A stretch of 54,103 bases of DNA from Candidatus Iainarchaeum sp. (GCA_017609985.1 JAFCCW010000014.1:1-54103), one strand, 5' to 3'; positions 37,776 to 48,579 are shown, counted from the first letter of the stretch. Program-made: numbers and translations. Notes: generated by a model not told the origin, from the sequence alone.

Positions 37776-39107
37776 ATGAAAAAAATATTTTTTATTTTTG
37801 GTTTGCTTCTAATTTCCCAGATAGCTTTTTCTTTAAGCGATCCAAATACTATTCTTGAAAAATACAATGATGACTCTGATTTCAAGGAATGGGTTCTTCT
37901 GGAAAAATTCCCAAAGAAGGAATCAGGAACTGTGTCAATAGTAAAGAAAGATGGTTCAAGGACGTGGAACAGAGAAACCTTCAACTTTAAATTTAATGAT
38001 CCGGATAATCCTGGCAACTATTATTATTTATGGACAACTTTTTCTGTGTTGGATTATTCTACTAATGATAACTACCAGCAAGTCAAGTTTGGTGTTAAAT
38101 ATGGGGTTAATGAGGCTAAATCTCTTGGTAGAACAGGAGATACTATTGTGCCTTGGACGCCTTCTGCAAAAAACAGGTTTTATGGAATCACTAAAGGACC
38201 AGAGACAGTTTCTGGATTCCAGGGCCCATATGTTCTCAAACATAGTTCTTTAGTTGATGACTTTCCCAATTTAATGTTTTACATTTATTTGCTTCCGAAA
38301 GAGTTTAGTGTTAACTCAAGCGATGCAGATAATTCTACTCACAAGTTTCCTTTTGAAGCTTGGATTTATGCAGCAAAACTTAAACCCAGAGAAGATTATC
38401 GTAAGTTTGATCAGGAAATTTACACTTTGAAACAGGGTCTTCCATACACTATTAACCTTACTAACACATACAAAGGCGGTCACAACACTGTTGATGTTGA
38501 CGCAAAGCTGGTGTTTTCTGAAATAGTGGCTGACTTAACTCCTAAGATTTCAGCAACCCTGATTAAGGATTCTGTAATAATAACGAGCACAAATTCAGTT
38601 CCGATTCCAATGCACACAAGACACTATTATGATTTCAAAGAGCTTAACAAATTTTATCAGCTGTCAATAAAACCTCTTAAAGATACCCTAAGGGAAAGAT
38701 ATGGCTGCACATATCTTGATGTTTCTGTTAGTGGAGCATATCATGGAGGGGGTTTGCTTAAAATAAGTGATGCTATTGGTCAGTCCACTGGACAAGGTCA
38801 ATCCTACAGTTCTTATCCTGTTTGGTTTGATTTAGCTGGAAAGCCATGCGAGGAGATAACTGGAATCGAACCCTATTATCTGCAGGGATCCACTTGGAAA
38901 GCTGGCGGTTATTCAATAACAAAAGAGAGTATTTCCGATGGCTGCAGGCTTACTTCGAGCAAAAATCTCTCAAATGCTAATAATCATAAGTGGAAAATAA
39001 TTTGTGATGATCGAAACAGAATTTGGGAGTTTAAAATAAGCTCCGATGGGTCAAGCTTTACAAAAGATAAGTGTGACTGGACTTCTGATGGCTTATGTCC
39101 CAGGTAA
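37776..39107 (+). CDS. Secreted beta-rich hypothetical protein
   Basis: Signal peptide MKKIFFIFGLLLISQIAFS; C-terminal Cys; GAGGTG RBS. Confidence 0.75.
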   Translation: MKKIFFIFGLLLISQIAFSLSDPNTILEKYNDDSDFKEWVLLEKFPKKESGTVSIVKKDGSRTWNRETFNFKFNDPDNPGNYYYLWTTFSVLDYSTNDNYQQVKFGVKYGVNEAKSLGRTGDTIVPWTPSAKNRFYGITKGPETVSGFQGPYVLKHSSLVDDFPNLMFYIYLLPKEFSVNSSDADNSTHKFPFEAWIYAAKLKPREDYRKFDQEIYTLKQGLPYTINLTNTYKGGHNTVDVDAKLVFSEIVADLTPKISATLIKDSVIITSTNSVPIPMHTRHYYDFKELNKFYQLSIKPLKDTLRERYGCTYLDVSVSGAYHGGGLLKISDAIGQSTGQGQSYSSYPVWFDLAGKPCEEITGIEPYYLQGSTWKAGGYSITKESISDGCRLTSSKNLSNANNHKWKIICDDRNRIWEFKISSDGSSFTKDKCDWTSDGLCPR

Positions 39108-39123
39108 CGGGGAGGAATAATCT

Positions 39124-42100
39124 TTGAATAAAAAACCTTGCGCTCTTAAAGTACTTGCTCTAATTTTTATATTTTATATCTTATTTTTCTCTTTTCCCTC
39201 TGCTTTTGCACCAGGCAGTGGTGCTCATGCGGGTCTTGGCAGTGGTGCTCATGCGGGTCTTGGTGGTGGCGCTCCTGCAGGAGGGGGAACTAGCACAACT
39301 GTTACTCCTTCTACAACAGCCACTCCTCCAACTACGACTGTTTCTCCATCCAGCGGAGGCGATTGCTATACGTCTACAGCCCCAAGAAAAACAACAGGCG
39401 CGCGAAGAACTTCAAGAACTACTTACGGTGGTGCCTGTGCTTACATTCCAAACTTTTCTTTTGACATCTCTCTTTCCTGCGAGCAGGTTTCCGGAAAGCA
39501 GGCTGTTTCCGCTAAAGCAACTGTTTCCAACATAAAGGACTCAAGGGCTTTGAACTCTGCAAAAATGTGGCTTTGGGAAGGAACTAAATCTGTTAACACA
39601 AAGTATGTTGCAGAGCAGGCTGGAGAAATTGATGGTTTTTCTTATTCAAAAATAAAGTCTTTTGTTGAGTTCAGGGGAGACAATTCTCAAAGACGCCTTG
39701 TCTGGATTTCTTATTACAACGCGGATGAGTCTTCTGCAAAGCGTTATCTGATTGACGGTGGAAACCTTGAAGACACTCCTGGCGACTACACACATGATGG
39801 TCCGCTTTACTATGTTCTTGACGGCGGTAAGAAACAAATTTCAAACACTTCCTTGAAGACAACTCTTGACGCAGACTATCTTGCAACAAGAAACTCGGAG
39901 AAAACAGAGGAAGACATTGCCTGTGTCTGCGTTTCAGGAGACAACTATGATGCTGTGAAGCAAGGCACTGTTTTCTTTGGCGGAACAGTCAAGGACAATT
40001 CTTTTGGTTCAACTGCTTCTTTCAATGAATGGAAAGTTTTTGATGTCAAGCCTGCGGCAAATCCTTCAGATATTTTCCTTTCAGAGGGCGAGCACTGCCT
40101 GTGCGCTCGATTGTTAAGTTCTAAATCTTCTGCAGTCAAGAAAAACATTGCTTCTGCTATCTGCACTGTTGGAAAAGCAGAGTCTGTTGATTCGCCTCCT
40201 GCAAGATGTGTTGATTGCACTCCTGATGACAAGGGCAATGTTCCGGCAGAATGCACTGAAGAAGACAAAAAACCAGATATGACTGGTGACGAAACTGGCA
40301 CAGAGGCCTGCAAACCAGATGGCTCTGGTTTGGTTCCTGCAACATGCGCCGATCCTGACCTTTTTGGAACTGGAATCTGTGTTAATGTAAGTCCTGTTTC
40401 TCTTGCAAGAGAAATCTTGCTTTCAGACCCTTACACTTCAAGCGTTACAATTCCACTGCCTTTTGCAGTCATTGACGTTGGGTCTTATCAAGAAGTTTCT
40501 GACAAAACACCAGATGAATACGCTGAACTGATTAAGGAAAAGAATTCTGATTTAGCCAAATTTGTTGATTTCAAGGTTGAGGAAAATCCTGAAACAAATT
40601 ATTCTCTTGAATTAACAATTTCTCTCAAAGAGGATGTTGACTGGTCTCTGATTTCAAGCGCAGTGAAAAAGTTTGAAGGAGAACTATTAATTGAATACGG
40701 TGCTTTCGGCGGAGACCTTTACGTTGAAGAAAACGAAGAAGGAATTCTTTCTCCAAGGGAATCAATTCCAATAAAGATTTACAATGAAAAAGGAGTTCTT
40801 GTCGTCTGGAAGGATTCTGCTATTTCCGGGAAAGTAATTGCTCTTGCAGGCAAGTCAGACGGCTGGGATTCACTTGTTGTAAATCACAGTGAAGAAAGAG
40901 GCTCTGAAGCTCGCTCTATTGAGCTTTACTCTGCTTTAGCAGAAAAGTGGGATGAAAGTCCGTTTTCTTATGTTGCGCTTGTTTATTCTCCTGAAGAACA
41001 GGCGGAAAAATTTCCTTTTTCTCGTTCAAACAACTCTTCTCTTGATGTTTTCCTAAGCCAGGCAAGCAATGGAGAAATAGGAATAGCTGTTTCACGCCTT
41101 CCAGTCTCATCTGAAGACGAGCTTGAAAGATTGTTCACAGATCACAATCAGAAAAGAAAAAATAAGGATCTTCTTTTTACTGTGGGAGTTACTAACAAGT
41201 TTTCCACAAAATACGAATTTTATAATTCCATCAGTAAAAAGGTTTCAGAGAAAGATTGGAGTGATGCAGAAGAAATATCAGGCTATGAGGAGAAACAGGT
41301 TTTGTCAAAAAAGTTTGATGAAATAGTTGCCAATTCTGAGCTTGAAGCAGTTAAGGGCATCAAGTCTCTTGTTGAAGAAGGCAAGTCTCCAGCGGGAATG
41401 GATTATGTTCTTGTAAGAGCCGGTACTTATTCAGGAGATTCAAATAATTATCTGACTTATTATTCTGTTGAAGATTATTCCAATGCAAGCTTTGAGCAGT
41501 CTGAGCGATATCTTCTTTCAGGAGAAAAGATTACAAAGCAGTTGGCTGACTTCGAGGGTTTAATAAAAAGAGATGCTGTGTCCACAGCACAGTATTCTAA
41601 AAATGAGAAGTTTAAGAACATGTTTAACATTAGTTTGCTTTATCCTGATTCAACCGGAGTAATGGCTGACTTTGCTTCACAAGGAATAAAGCTTTCAGAC
41701 GGAGATTACTACACAAAAGATGATATTCCTGATAATAATGTGGATGAAGATATTGAAGCAATTTCTTTAGAATTCAAATTTGGTCTTCCAGCCAGACCAA
41801 TCATTGTCCTTGACGCCTGCCCGCAGGACAATGCTCTTCCGCAAGCATTTGTGGAAAGAGGCGCAAGTGCTGTAATAGCCTATTACAATTCTGATGAATT
41901 TGTTCCAAGAGAAGATAATTTTCTTGACGTTGATGAAGTCTCTGTTGGTTACTCAGTCATTGAATACAACAGAAATGCTGGTGACTCTGAAGACAAGCTT
42001 GTTATCTATGGCTTTCCTGATGTTCTCTGGGAAGGTGGCAGAGATACGGGTTATGTTTCGGAAAGTGGTTCTGAAACATCATCTGGAGATATGAGTTCGA

Positions 42101-43017
42101 AGGCTGACGAGCCAGAGAAAGCTCCTGAAGACTATGAAACACAGTTTGATTTGGTTGATGCAGGTCCTGGCTATGTGACTCTTGGAAGCGCAGAGCTTGA
42201 TAATAAAAAAGATTGGGTTGAAGCTAGCGGTTCTGTTTCGCTGCCGAAAACTGGTGAAGACCCTGGAAAGATTACTCCTGATTTGTTTGCTGCTTATCTT
42301 CTTGATGAAGCTGGAACTAGACAGCCGGTGGATGCAAAAATTGTTGTTGAAAAAGATGAGGGGAATGAAAATGAGTTTAAGTTTACTTTAAGTGTTCCAA
42401 GTTTCAGTGGATTGTCTGAATCTATTTCTGCTGCACTAAAGCGCTTGAGAGCCGGCGACAAAGCAGCTACTCCTGAGCTTGTTGTTGAAGTTGAAACAGA
42501 GCAGGGAACTCTTTCAGCAAAGAGAGTCATTGTTGCAAACACTCAGGAAGTTTTTAAGGGAATAAAAAGTCTTACCAATAATTTCAGTGAAATCCTTGCG
42601 GGAATTGTTTTCAAGCCAGAGGCAGAGCAGTTCCTCAACCCTGATGAACTGATTCAGCAGGTTGGAACCTCTTATCAGGTTTTGAAGAATCCAAAAGCTG
42701 GCGACAAATTCAATGCTTTTGAAACAGTTATTAAGGGCAGGAAAATCACTGCAATGGTTCAGTCTGTTACTGGAAACGGAACAATCACTCTTGCACTCCA
42801 GCTTGGTAATGACCAAAAGCTTGCTGTTCTTGCTCCTTCAAACAATCGCACAAGAGTTGATTTTGGAATGCAGGGAAACAATGCTGTGAGAGCAAGTCCA
42901 AAATGTTATGGTGGTGTATCCTTCAGGCTTGAGGGAAACGATCTCAAAGCAATATATATAAAGCCTTTAACCAGCTGGACAAAGAAGTGTGCTACTTTTG
43001 AAGCAATGCAGGAATAG
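39124..43017 (+). CDS. Large secreted protein with degenerate peptidase C25-like domain
   Basis: Signal peptide, G/T linker, AVSRLPV, IVLDACPQ, GASAVIAY, IYGFPD. Confidence 0.7.
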   Translation: MNKKPCALKVLALIFIFYILFFSFPSAFAPGSGAHAGLGSGAHAGLGGGAPAGGGTSTTVTPSTTATPPTTTVSPSSGGDCYTSTAPRKTTGARRTSRTTYGGACAYIPNFSFDISLSCEQVSGKQAVSAKATVSNIKDSRALNSAKMWLWEGTKSVNTKYVAEQAGEIDGFSYSKIKSFVEFRGDNSQRRLVWISYYNADESSAKRYLIDGGNLEDTPGDYTHDGPLYYVLDGGKKQISNTSLKTTLDADYLATRNSEKTEEDIACVCVSGDNYDAVKQGTVFFGGTVKDNSFGSTASFNEWKVFDVKPAANPSDIFLSEGEHCLCARLLSSKSSAVKKNIASAICTVGKAESVDSPPARCVDCTPDDKGNVPAECTEEDKKPDMTGDETGTEACKPDGSGLVPATCADPDLFGTGICVNVSPVSLAREILLSDPYTSSVTIPLPFAVIDVGSYQEVSDKTPDEYAELIKEKNSDLAKFVDFKVEENPETNYSLELTISLKEDVDWSLISSAVKKFEGELLIEYGAFGGDLYVEENEEGILSPRESIPIKIYNEKGVLVVWKDSAISGKVIALAGKSDGWDSLVVNHSEERGSEARSIELYSALAEKWDESPFSYVALVYSPEEQAEKFPFSRSNNSSLDVFLSQASNGEIGIAVSRLPVSSEDELERLFTDHNQKRKNKDLLFTVGVTNKFSTKYEFYNSISKKVSEKDWSDAEEISGYEEKQVLSKKFDEIVANSELEAVKGIKSLVEEGKSPAGMDYVLVRAGTYSGDSNNYLTYYSVEDYSNASFEQSERYLLSGEKITKQLADFEGLIKRDAVSTAQYSKNEKFKNMFNISLLYPDSTGVMADFASQGIKLSDGDYYTKDDIPDNNVDEDIEAISLEFKFGLPARPIIVLDACPQDNALPQAFVERGASAVIAYYNSDEFVPREDNFLDVDEVSVGYSVIEYNRNAGDSEDKLVIYGFPDVLWEGGRDTGYVSESGSETSSGDMSSKADEPEKAPEDYETQFDLVDAGPGYVTLGSAELDNKKDWVEASGSVSLPKTGEDPGKITPDLFAAYLLDEAGTRQPVDAKIVVEKDEGNENEFKFTLSVPSFSGLSESISAALKRLRAGDKAATPELVVEVETEQGTLSAKRVIVANTQEVFKGIKSLTNNFSEILAGIVFKPEAEQFLNPDELIQQVGTSYQVLKNPKAGDKFNAFETVIKGRKITAMVQSVTGNGTITLALQLGNDQKLAVLAPSNNRTRVDFGMQGNNAVRASPKCYGGVSFRLEGNDLKAIYIKPLTSWTKKCATFEAMQE
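39214..39261 (+). repeat. 24-bp tandem repeat, 2 copies (GSGAHAGL)
   Basis: ggcagtggtgctcatgcgggtctt x2. Confidence 0.9.
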
Positions 43018-43095
43018 CTTTTTTGAAAACCTGTTGGCTTCATCGGCAATCTGCTGTCTGAAAGCGTTTTTTAATTCTGAATCCTTTTTTATGTA

Positions 43096-43512
43096 ATGCG
43101 TTTTTATGTTGATTCTTGTGTCTGGCTCGATTTTGCTTTTGAAAGAGGCAACAAACTAAATCCTTTGCACGAGTTTGCGTTTCAGTTTTTTAGAAAAGTA
43201 ATTGTGGAAAAACACAAAATTGTTTTTTCAAAACTTCTTGTTTCTGAGCTCAAACAATTTCTTTCAGAACACAAAATAAACAATCTTCTTCTAAGCCAGT
43301 TTAATAATCTTGGTTTGGCAGAGTACGTCAAAATTTCAAGCAATCAGTTAAAAGAAGCGCGTGCTCTTGCTTTTTCCAGAAAAATTCCAAAAGGAGATGC
43401 ATTGCATGCAATTTTAGCCCGAGACAATAAAACGTTATTGGTTTCCAATGATAAACATTTTGACTGCTTGCAGGATATTGTTGAAGTAAGGACTCCACAA
43501 GAAATTATTTAA
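43096..43512 (+). CDS. PIN-domain (VapC-like) nuclease
   Basis: FYVDSCVWL, ELKQ, GDALHAILA, LVSNDKHF. Confidence 0.9.
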   Translation: MRFYVDSCVWLDFAFERGNKLNPLHEFAFQFFRKVIVEKHKIVFSKLLVSELKQFLSEHKINNLLLSQFNNLGLAEYVKISSNQLKEARALAFSRKIPKGDALHAILARDNKTLLVSNDKHFDCLQDIVEVRTPQEII

Positions 43513-43762
43513 TGCTTGCTTCAATTTCTTTGAATGCTTTTTCTCTTGTGGTTTCCCATTCTTTTTTGGAAATATTTTTTCCTTTTGCAAATCCTTTTAT
43601 TTTTGCAAGTTTTCTGACTGCGAGCTTTGTTTCGTATTCTTCAACAAGTTCTCTTATGGCTTGTCTTATGAATTCTGTTCTGCTTTCAAAAGAAAACTGG
43701 TTTACGATTCCATCAACTCGCCTAATGTTTGTTTTATCCATTTTGAAAGTAACAAGTTTCAT
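43505..43762 (-). CDS. Ribbon-helix-helix (CopG-like) protein, putative antitoxin
   Basis: LVTFKMDK, SRTEFIRQAIRE. Confidence 0.8.
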   Translation of the reverse strand: MKLVTFKMDKTNIRRVDGIVNQFSFESRTEFIRQAIRELVEEYETKLAVRKLAKIKGFAKGKNISKKEWETTREKAFKEIEASIK

Positions 43763-43861
43763 AAAACTATGTATATACAACGTATATATTAATTTATCTT
43801 CTTGTTCACCGGAATCCCGCTCTCTTAACTCTTTTTAACTAATTCCTTCTTTTTCTCTTCA

Positions 43862-45760
43862 ATGACAAAGAAAGATATTCTTTTTCGTTTTGACAAGCCC
43901 CGTGACCAGCAAAAACAGCTTTTGGAGGATGTTTTTGAATGTGTTTCAACTGGCAAGAATCTAATAGCTCATGCTCCAACTGGTCTTGGAAAAAGCGATG
44001 CTTCAATTAGCCCTGCTCTTTCTCATACTCTTTCAACTGACAAAAAGATTTTTTTTCTTACTCCAAAGATTTCCCAGCACGAGATTGCAGTAGAGGTTGT
44101 TCATGGTCTTAACGAAAAGCATTCTCTTTCCATCAAAGCTGCTGACTTGGTTGGCAGGAAGTATATGTGCGTTGACCCAATCCTTTCTGATGCTGACTTC
44201 TCTGGTTTTTATGAAATTTGTGCAAGGAGAAGGAAGAGGGAAGAATGCCATTACTACAACAATGCGCGCGGAAACACAAAGCAGGAGAAAGAGCGTGCAA
44301 AAATTCACTCGGAACAAATTCTTTCTTCCCTGCCTGATTCCTGTTCTCACCACGAGCTCCGTGACGCCTGCCTTTCCTATGAGTCTGGTGGAAAGGAGCG
44401 CATTCCCTGTGCTTACGAGCTCTCTCTTGAACTTGCAAAGGAAGCTGACATTATTATTGCTGACTATTTTCACTTAATGAATCCTCATATTCGCAAGATA
44501 ATGCTTTCAAGGCTGAAGCTCAAGCCAGAAGACCTTGTCTTAATTGTGGACGAGGCTCACAATGTTCCAGAGCGTGTTCGCTCCATGCTTGGTTCTACTC
44601 TATCCCTTTACTCTATTGAGCAATCAATCAACGAGCTTGAAAAGATTGCAAGACCTGACTTAATCAAGAAGCTCAGGCTTGTCAGAAAACAGCTTGCTTC
44701 TCTTGCAAAGAAAAAACTTTCTTTGAAGCTTCGTGAGTCTCTTGTTGCTCCGTCAGAATTTTTAGTTGATGAAATTGACGAGCTTGCTGAAGAACTTTAT
44801 GAGTCTGCAGTCAACTATATTGAGTCTTCCGGCAAGGGGCGGAGCTTTCAAATGCAGGTTTCTAACTTCTTGAAAAAATGGATTAATCCTGAAAAGGATT
44901 CTGTTCGCATTATTCATTCAAAGCATTCTAAAAATATTTCTTTAATGGTCAAGGCTCTTGACCCAGGAATTGCAACAAAACCATTGTTTGGAGAAGCTTA
45001 TTCTTCTATTCTGATGTCTGGCACTCTCTTGCCGACAAAGATGTATGCTGACTTGCTTGGATTTGATGATTCAAGAACTGTTCACAGAGAATTCTCTTCC
45101 CCGTTTCCCAGCGACAGAAGACTGAATCTTGTTGCTACAAATGCTACAACAAAGTATGGTGAGCGTTCCGAACAAGAGTATGAAACAATTGCTTCCACTA
45201 TTCAGTCAATTGTTTCCGGCGTTCCGGGAAACACTGCTGTTTTTTTTCCAAGCTTTGCCTTGCTTAACTCTGTTCAGGCTTTTCTTGACGAAAATCTGTC
45301 TCGCCCAATTCTTGCTCAGACTGGAAACATGAATTCAAGGCAAACCTCTGCCTTGCTCAAGAAATTCAGGGCTGCTGGCAATGGCTTTGGTTCTGTTCTT
45401 CTTGCTGTTTCTCAGGGAAGTTTTGCAGAGGGAATTGATTACGTGGGAGAACAGCTTTTGTGCTCCATCATTGTTGGCATTCCATTGCAGGAAATGAATC
45501 TTGAACTCAAGTGCCTTATTGACCATTATCAGGAAAAGTTTGCGCGTGGCTGGCATTATGCTTACCTCTACCCGGCTATTTCTCGCGCTATTCAGGCTTC
45601 TGGCAGAGTAATTAGAAAAGAGTCTGATGAGGGTGTTGCTGTGTTTCTTGACAAGCGATACACCTGGAGCAATTACCGCAACTGCTTTCCAAAGGATTTT
45701 AGAGCTGTTACAACTGACGAGCCTGGTCGCTATACTAAGCTTTTTTTTGACCAGTCCTAA
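43862..45760 (+). CDS. XPD/Rad3/DinG family Fe-S DNA helicase
   Basis: HAPTGLGKS, four-Cys Fe-S region, IVDEAHN, MSGTL, EGIDY, QASGRVIR. Confidence 0.92.
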   Translation: MTKKDILFRFDKPRDQQKQLLEDVFECVSTGKNLIAHAPTGLGKSDASISPALSHTLSTDKKIFFLTPKISQHEIAVEVVHGLNEKHSLSIKAADLVGRKYMCVDPILSDADFSGFYEICARRRKREECHYYNNARGNTKQEKERAKIHSEQILSSLPDSCSHHELRDACLSYESGGKERIPCAYELSLELAKEADIIIADYFHLMNPHIRKIMLSRLKLKPEDLVLIVDEAHNVPERVRSMLGSTLSLYSIEQSINELEKIARPDLIKKLRLVRKQLASLAKKKLSLKLRESLVAPSEFLVDEIDELAEELYESAVNYIESSGKGRSFQMQVSNFLKKWINPEKDSVRIIHSKHSKNISLMVKALDPGIATKPLFGEAYSSILMSGTLLPTKMYADLLGFDDSRTVHREFSSPFPSDRRLNLVATNATTKYGERSEQEYETIASTIQSIVSGVPGNTAVFFPSFALLNSVQAFLDENLSRPILAQTGNMNSRQTSALLKKFRAAGNGFGSVLLAVSQGSFAEGIDYVGEQLLCSIIVGIPLQEMNLELKCLIDHYQEKFARGWHYAYLYPAISRAIQASGRVIRKESDEGVAVFLDKRYTWSNYRNCFPKDFRAVTTDEPGRYTKLFFDQS

Positions 45761-46664
45761 TATAGTCGTATGCTGAGAGTGCTGCAACGCAACCACTTCC
45801 AGCTGCTACTACAACCTGTGCTGTTCCCCCATTCAAATCTCCAGCTGCAAACAATCCAGGAACACTGGACATCATTCCACTATCAACTTTCATGTATCCT
45901 TTTTCATCAAGCTCTGCTCCAGTCTGCTGTGCCAGTTCTGCACGCGGAGTCAATCCAATGTAAACAAATACTCCGTCTGCTTTAATTTCTTGTTCTTTCC
46001 CTGTTTTTCTTTCCTTTATCTTAACGGCTTCAAGCTTTCCTTCGCCAACAATCTCTGTAACCTCTGAGTTCAAGTGCATTGGAATTCCTGCTTCCTTTAC
46101 TCTGCTCATTATTACTTCGTCTGCTTTTGATTTTTCTAAGAATTCAACTATTTCCACGCTCTCCGCAATCTCTTGGATGTAGAGTGCTGCGTTTGCTCCA
46201 GAGTTTCCTGCTCCCACTACAACAACTTTTTTTCCCTTGAAGAACAAAGCGTCGCAAGTTGCACAATAGCTTACTCCCATTCCATTGAATTCTTCTTCTC
46301 CCTTTACTCCAAGCTTTTTTTTCTCTGAGCCTGTTGCAAGCACAACAGCTTTTGCTTTTACTTCTCCTGACTTCTTTGTTTTCAGAACAAACTCGTTTCC
46401 CTCTTTTCTGATTTCCTCTACTCTGTTTCCCTGTTCCACGCTAATCCCATAGTCTTTCAGGTGTTCTCTCATTCTTTCGGTGAGTTCTTCTCCCTTTATC
46501 TTCTTGTCTCCTGGCCAGTTCTCTACCCAGATAGCTTCTGCTGCCTGTCCCCCTATTCCCTCACTTTCAAAAACACGCACTTTCAGGTTCTTTCTTGCAG
46601 CATAAATTCCAGCAGTTATTCCTGCTGGACCACTGCCAACAATCGCAAGCTCTGTTTTCTCCAT
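45735..46664 (-). CDS. trxB: Thioredoxin reductase
   Basis: GSGPAG, GVSYCATCD, GAGNSG, GLFAAGD. Confidence 0.92.
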   Translation of the reverse strand: MEKTELAIVGSGPAGITAGIYAARKNLKVRVFESEGIGGQAAEAIWVENWPGDKKIKGEELTERMREHLKDYGISVEQGNRVEEIRKEGNEFVLKTKKSGEVKAKAVVLATGSEKKKLGVKGEEEFNGMGVSYCATCDALFFKGKKVVVVGAGNSGANAALYIQEIAESVEIVEFLEKSKADEVIMSRVKEAGIPMHLNSEVTEIVGEGKLEAVKIKERKTGKEQEIKADGVFVYIGLTPRAELAQQTGAELDEKGYMKVDSGMMSSVPGLFAAGDLNGGTAQVVVAAGSGCVAALSAYDYIRTGQKKA

Positions 46665-46800
46665 TAAACCACCTTTACCTAATAGCACTAAAAAGGTTTT
46701 AAATCAAACCAATTCTGAGGAAGCAAACGATTATAAATAATGAAATAATAAGTCTTAATGAAATTAGTTAAACAATTAAACAAGGTTAAAAGGTGATAAA

Positions 46801-47607
46801 ATGCCCCCTGCAAGAAAGCCAGGACAACCCAAAAAAAGAAAATCTCTTCCACAGTATTCAATTCCCGCAACTTATCGTGCTCCTGGTGTGGAAAAACTCG
46901 CACAGGAAGAAACAGCAAGAATGAATGATTATCTTAAAAAAGTAAAACAAAGTAATCGAAAGAGTGAACTTAGAAAGCTTTGGTCTCAGCCATGGTTTCA
47001 TCAACTTCCTGTAACTCATGAAAGAAGGGATTTTTGGGCAAAAGAGGTTTCAGCAGGAAGGGCAAAAGTTGTCAAAAGGTCTGATGGGCATTTTACTATT
47101 GTAAGAACAGCTACTGCGGGGAAGGAATTGCACAAAAGCCCTGAATCAGGCTCAACAAAGAAAAAAACTTCTGCAAAAAAAACAACCAAAAAATCAAGTT
47201 CTTCGACTTCAAAAAATACTAATTCAAGAACTTCACCAGCCAGCAGAAGTTCCACAAAAAACTCTGTTGCCGAACCAGTTTCTCCAAGCTCAGCAGTTGT
47301 TGATATGTCTGGAGCAAGAATAGGCTCTGCTACTTCAACAGGAGTAAATGTTGACCAAGGCCATATTGGAACAGGAAACATATCCAACAGGGCTGAGGGC
47401 GGTGTTGGCGGAACCGCAAATGTTTACATGAGTGATCGTGCTTTTGAACAGAGAAGGGAAGAGCAAGCAAGAGATGCGCGAGCTCGTGAAGAACCTGAAG
47501 AACGCGATTGGGAAGAGGAACCTGAAGTCCAGGAACAGCCAGAGCAGAGAAGGGACACTGGCAGACGATGGTATAATCCGTTAACTTGGTTCAGAAGGCG
47601 AAGATAG
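46801..47607 (+). CDS. Basic low-complexity hypothetical protein with 45-aa Gly/Asn motif
   Basis: 268-aa ORF after an AT-rich promoter region; motif shared with the next gene. Confidence 0.75.
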   Translation: MPPARKPGQPKKRKSLPQYSIPATYRAPGVEKLAQEETARMNDYLKKVKQSNRKSELRKLWSQPWFHQLPVTHERRDFWAKEVSAGRAKVVKRSDGHFTIVRTATAGKELHKSPESGSTKKKTSAKKTTKKSSSSTSKNTNSRTSPASRSSTKNSVAEPVSPSSAVVDMSGARIGSATSTGVNVDQGHIGTGNISNRAEGGVGGTANVYMSDRAFEQRREEQARDARAREEPEERDWEEEPEVQEQPEQRRDTGRRWYNPLTWFRRRR

Positions 47608-47619
47608 TAAGGTGATTAA

Positions 47620-48528
47620 ATGCCGGCACCCAAGAGACCAACTCGCAGGGCTGCTTCGACTGCAAGAAGAACTGCCCGTAGTAATGCTTCTGGAAACACA
47701 AATCCAACACATTCTGGCGCAAGCGTTAACATGTCCAACGCCGAGATTGGCAGGGCAAGTGCTACTGGTGTCAATGTTAGAAACGGTCATATTGGAACAG
47801 GCGACATAAGCAATGTTGCTCACGGTGGCGCAGGTGGAAATGCAAATGTTCACATAAGCGGAATACAAGGAACTGCTGGTCGAGACGGAAGAGATGGTTC
47901 TCCTGGCAGGGAAGGTCCTGCTGGTAGAGATGGCACTCCTGGAGAACGTGGTGTTCCTGGCGAGAAGGGAGATCCTGGTGAGAGAGGAGAACCTGGCACT
48001 CCTGGTGAGAGAGGCGAGCCTGGCACTCCTGGTGAGAGAGGAGAACCTGGCGAGCGCGGTGAAACAGGTCCTGCTGGAGCTGTCACACGAGTTGAACCGG
48101 AAATGTCTGACTGGTATAATACCCAGTCTTCTTCTTTGAGAATGGCTAGGGACAGATCTAGACAGCGCGTTAGATACTTTGAATCCAGAGCTGCAACTGG
48201 TTCAAACAGGCTTGGTCGCTGGTGGGCGAACAGAAAGGCTGTTCAAGAGAGAAGAAGATATGATTCGATTAACTTTCGTTTAAGAGAATTAAGAACTGCT
48301 CAGTCTGGTGGAATGCCACGCGATTACATGAGACGTGAAAGAAGCAGATGGTGGAATCTCTGGCGCGGAGACTATGGAACTTTCAGGCAGAGGCAGATTT
48401 CCAGGCGACTTTATGGTTCGTCTTCACGAGACTTTTCAACTGGGGCAAGAAGATACAGGCGTCCTGAAGCTTCAGGTTTTTCTTCAACTGCTTCAAGACA
48501 GCGGGAACCAGCTGAGCAGGAAGCATAA
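47620..48528 (+). CDS. Collagen triple-helix repeat protein with 45-aa Gly/Asn motif and Arg-rich C-terminus
   Basis: 25 uninterrupted Gly-X-Y triplets at 47860..48084; GGTGA RBS. Confidence 0.85.
   Translation: MPAPKRPTRRAASTARRTARSNASGNTNPTHSGASVNMSNAEIGRASATGVNVRNGHIGTGDISNVAHGGAGGNANVHISGIQGTAGRDGRDGSPGREGPAGRDGTPGERGVPGEKGDPGERGEPGTPGERGEPGTPGERGEPGERGETGPAGAVTRVEPEMSDWYNTQSSSLRMARDRSRQRVRYFESRAATGSNRLGRWWANRKAVQERRRYDSINFRLRELRTAQSGGMPRDYMRRERSRWWNLWRGDYGTFRQRQISRRLYGSSSRDFSTGARRYRRPEASGFSSTASRQREPAEQEA
47974..48054 (+). repeat. 27-bp tandem repeat, 3 copies, within the collagen region
   Basis: cctggtgagagagg(a/c)ga(a/g)cctggcact; third copy ends in gag. Confidence 0.9.
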
Positions 48529-48579
48529 CTATCTTTATATATTAGAAAGTTAATTATTTATTAAACATAGGTTGGTTAT

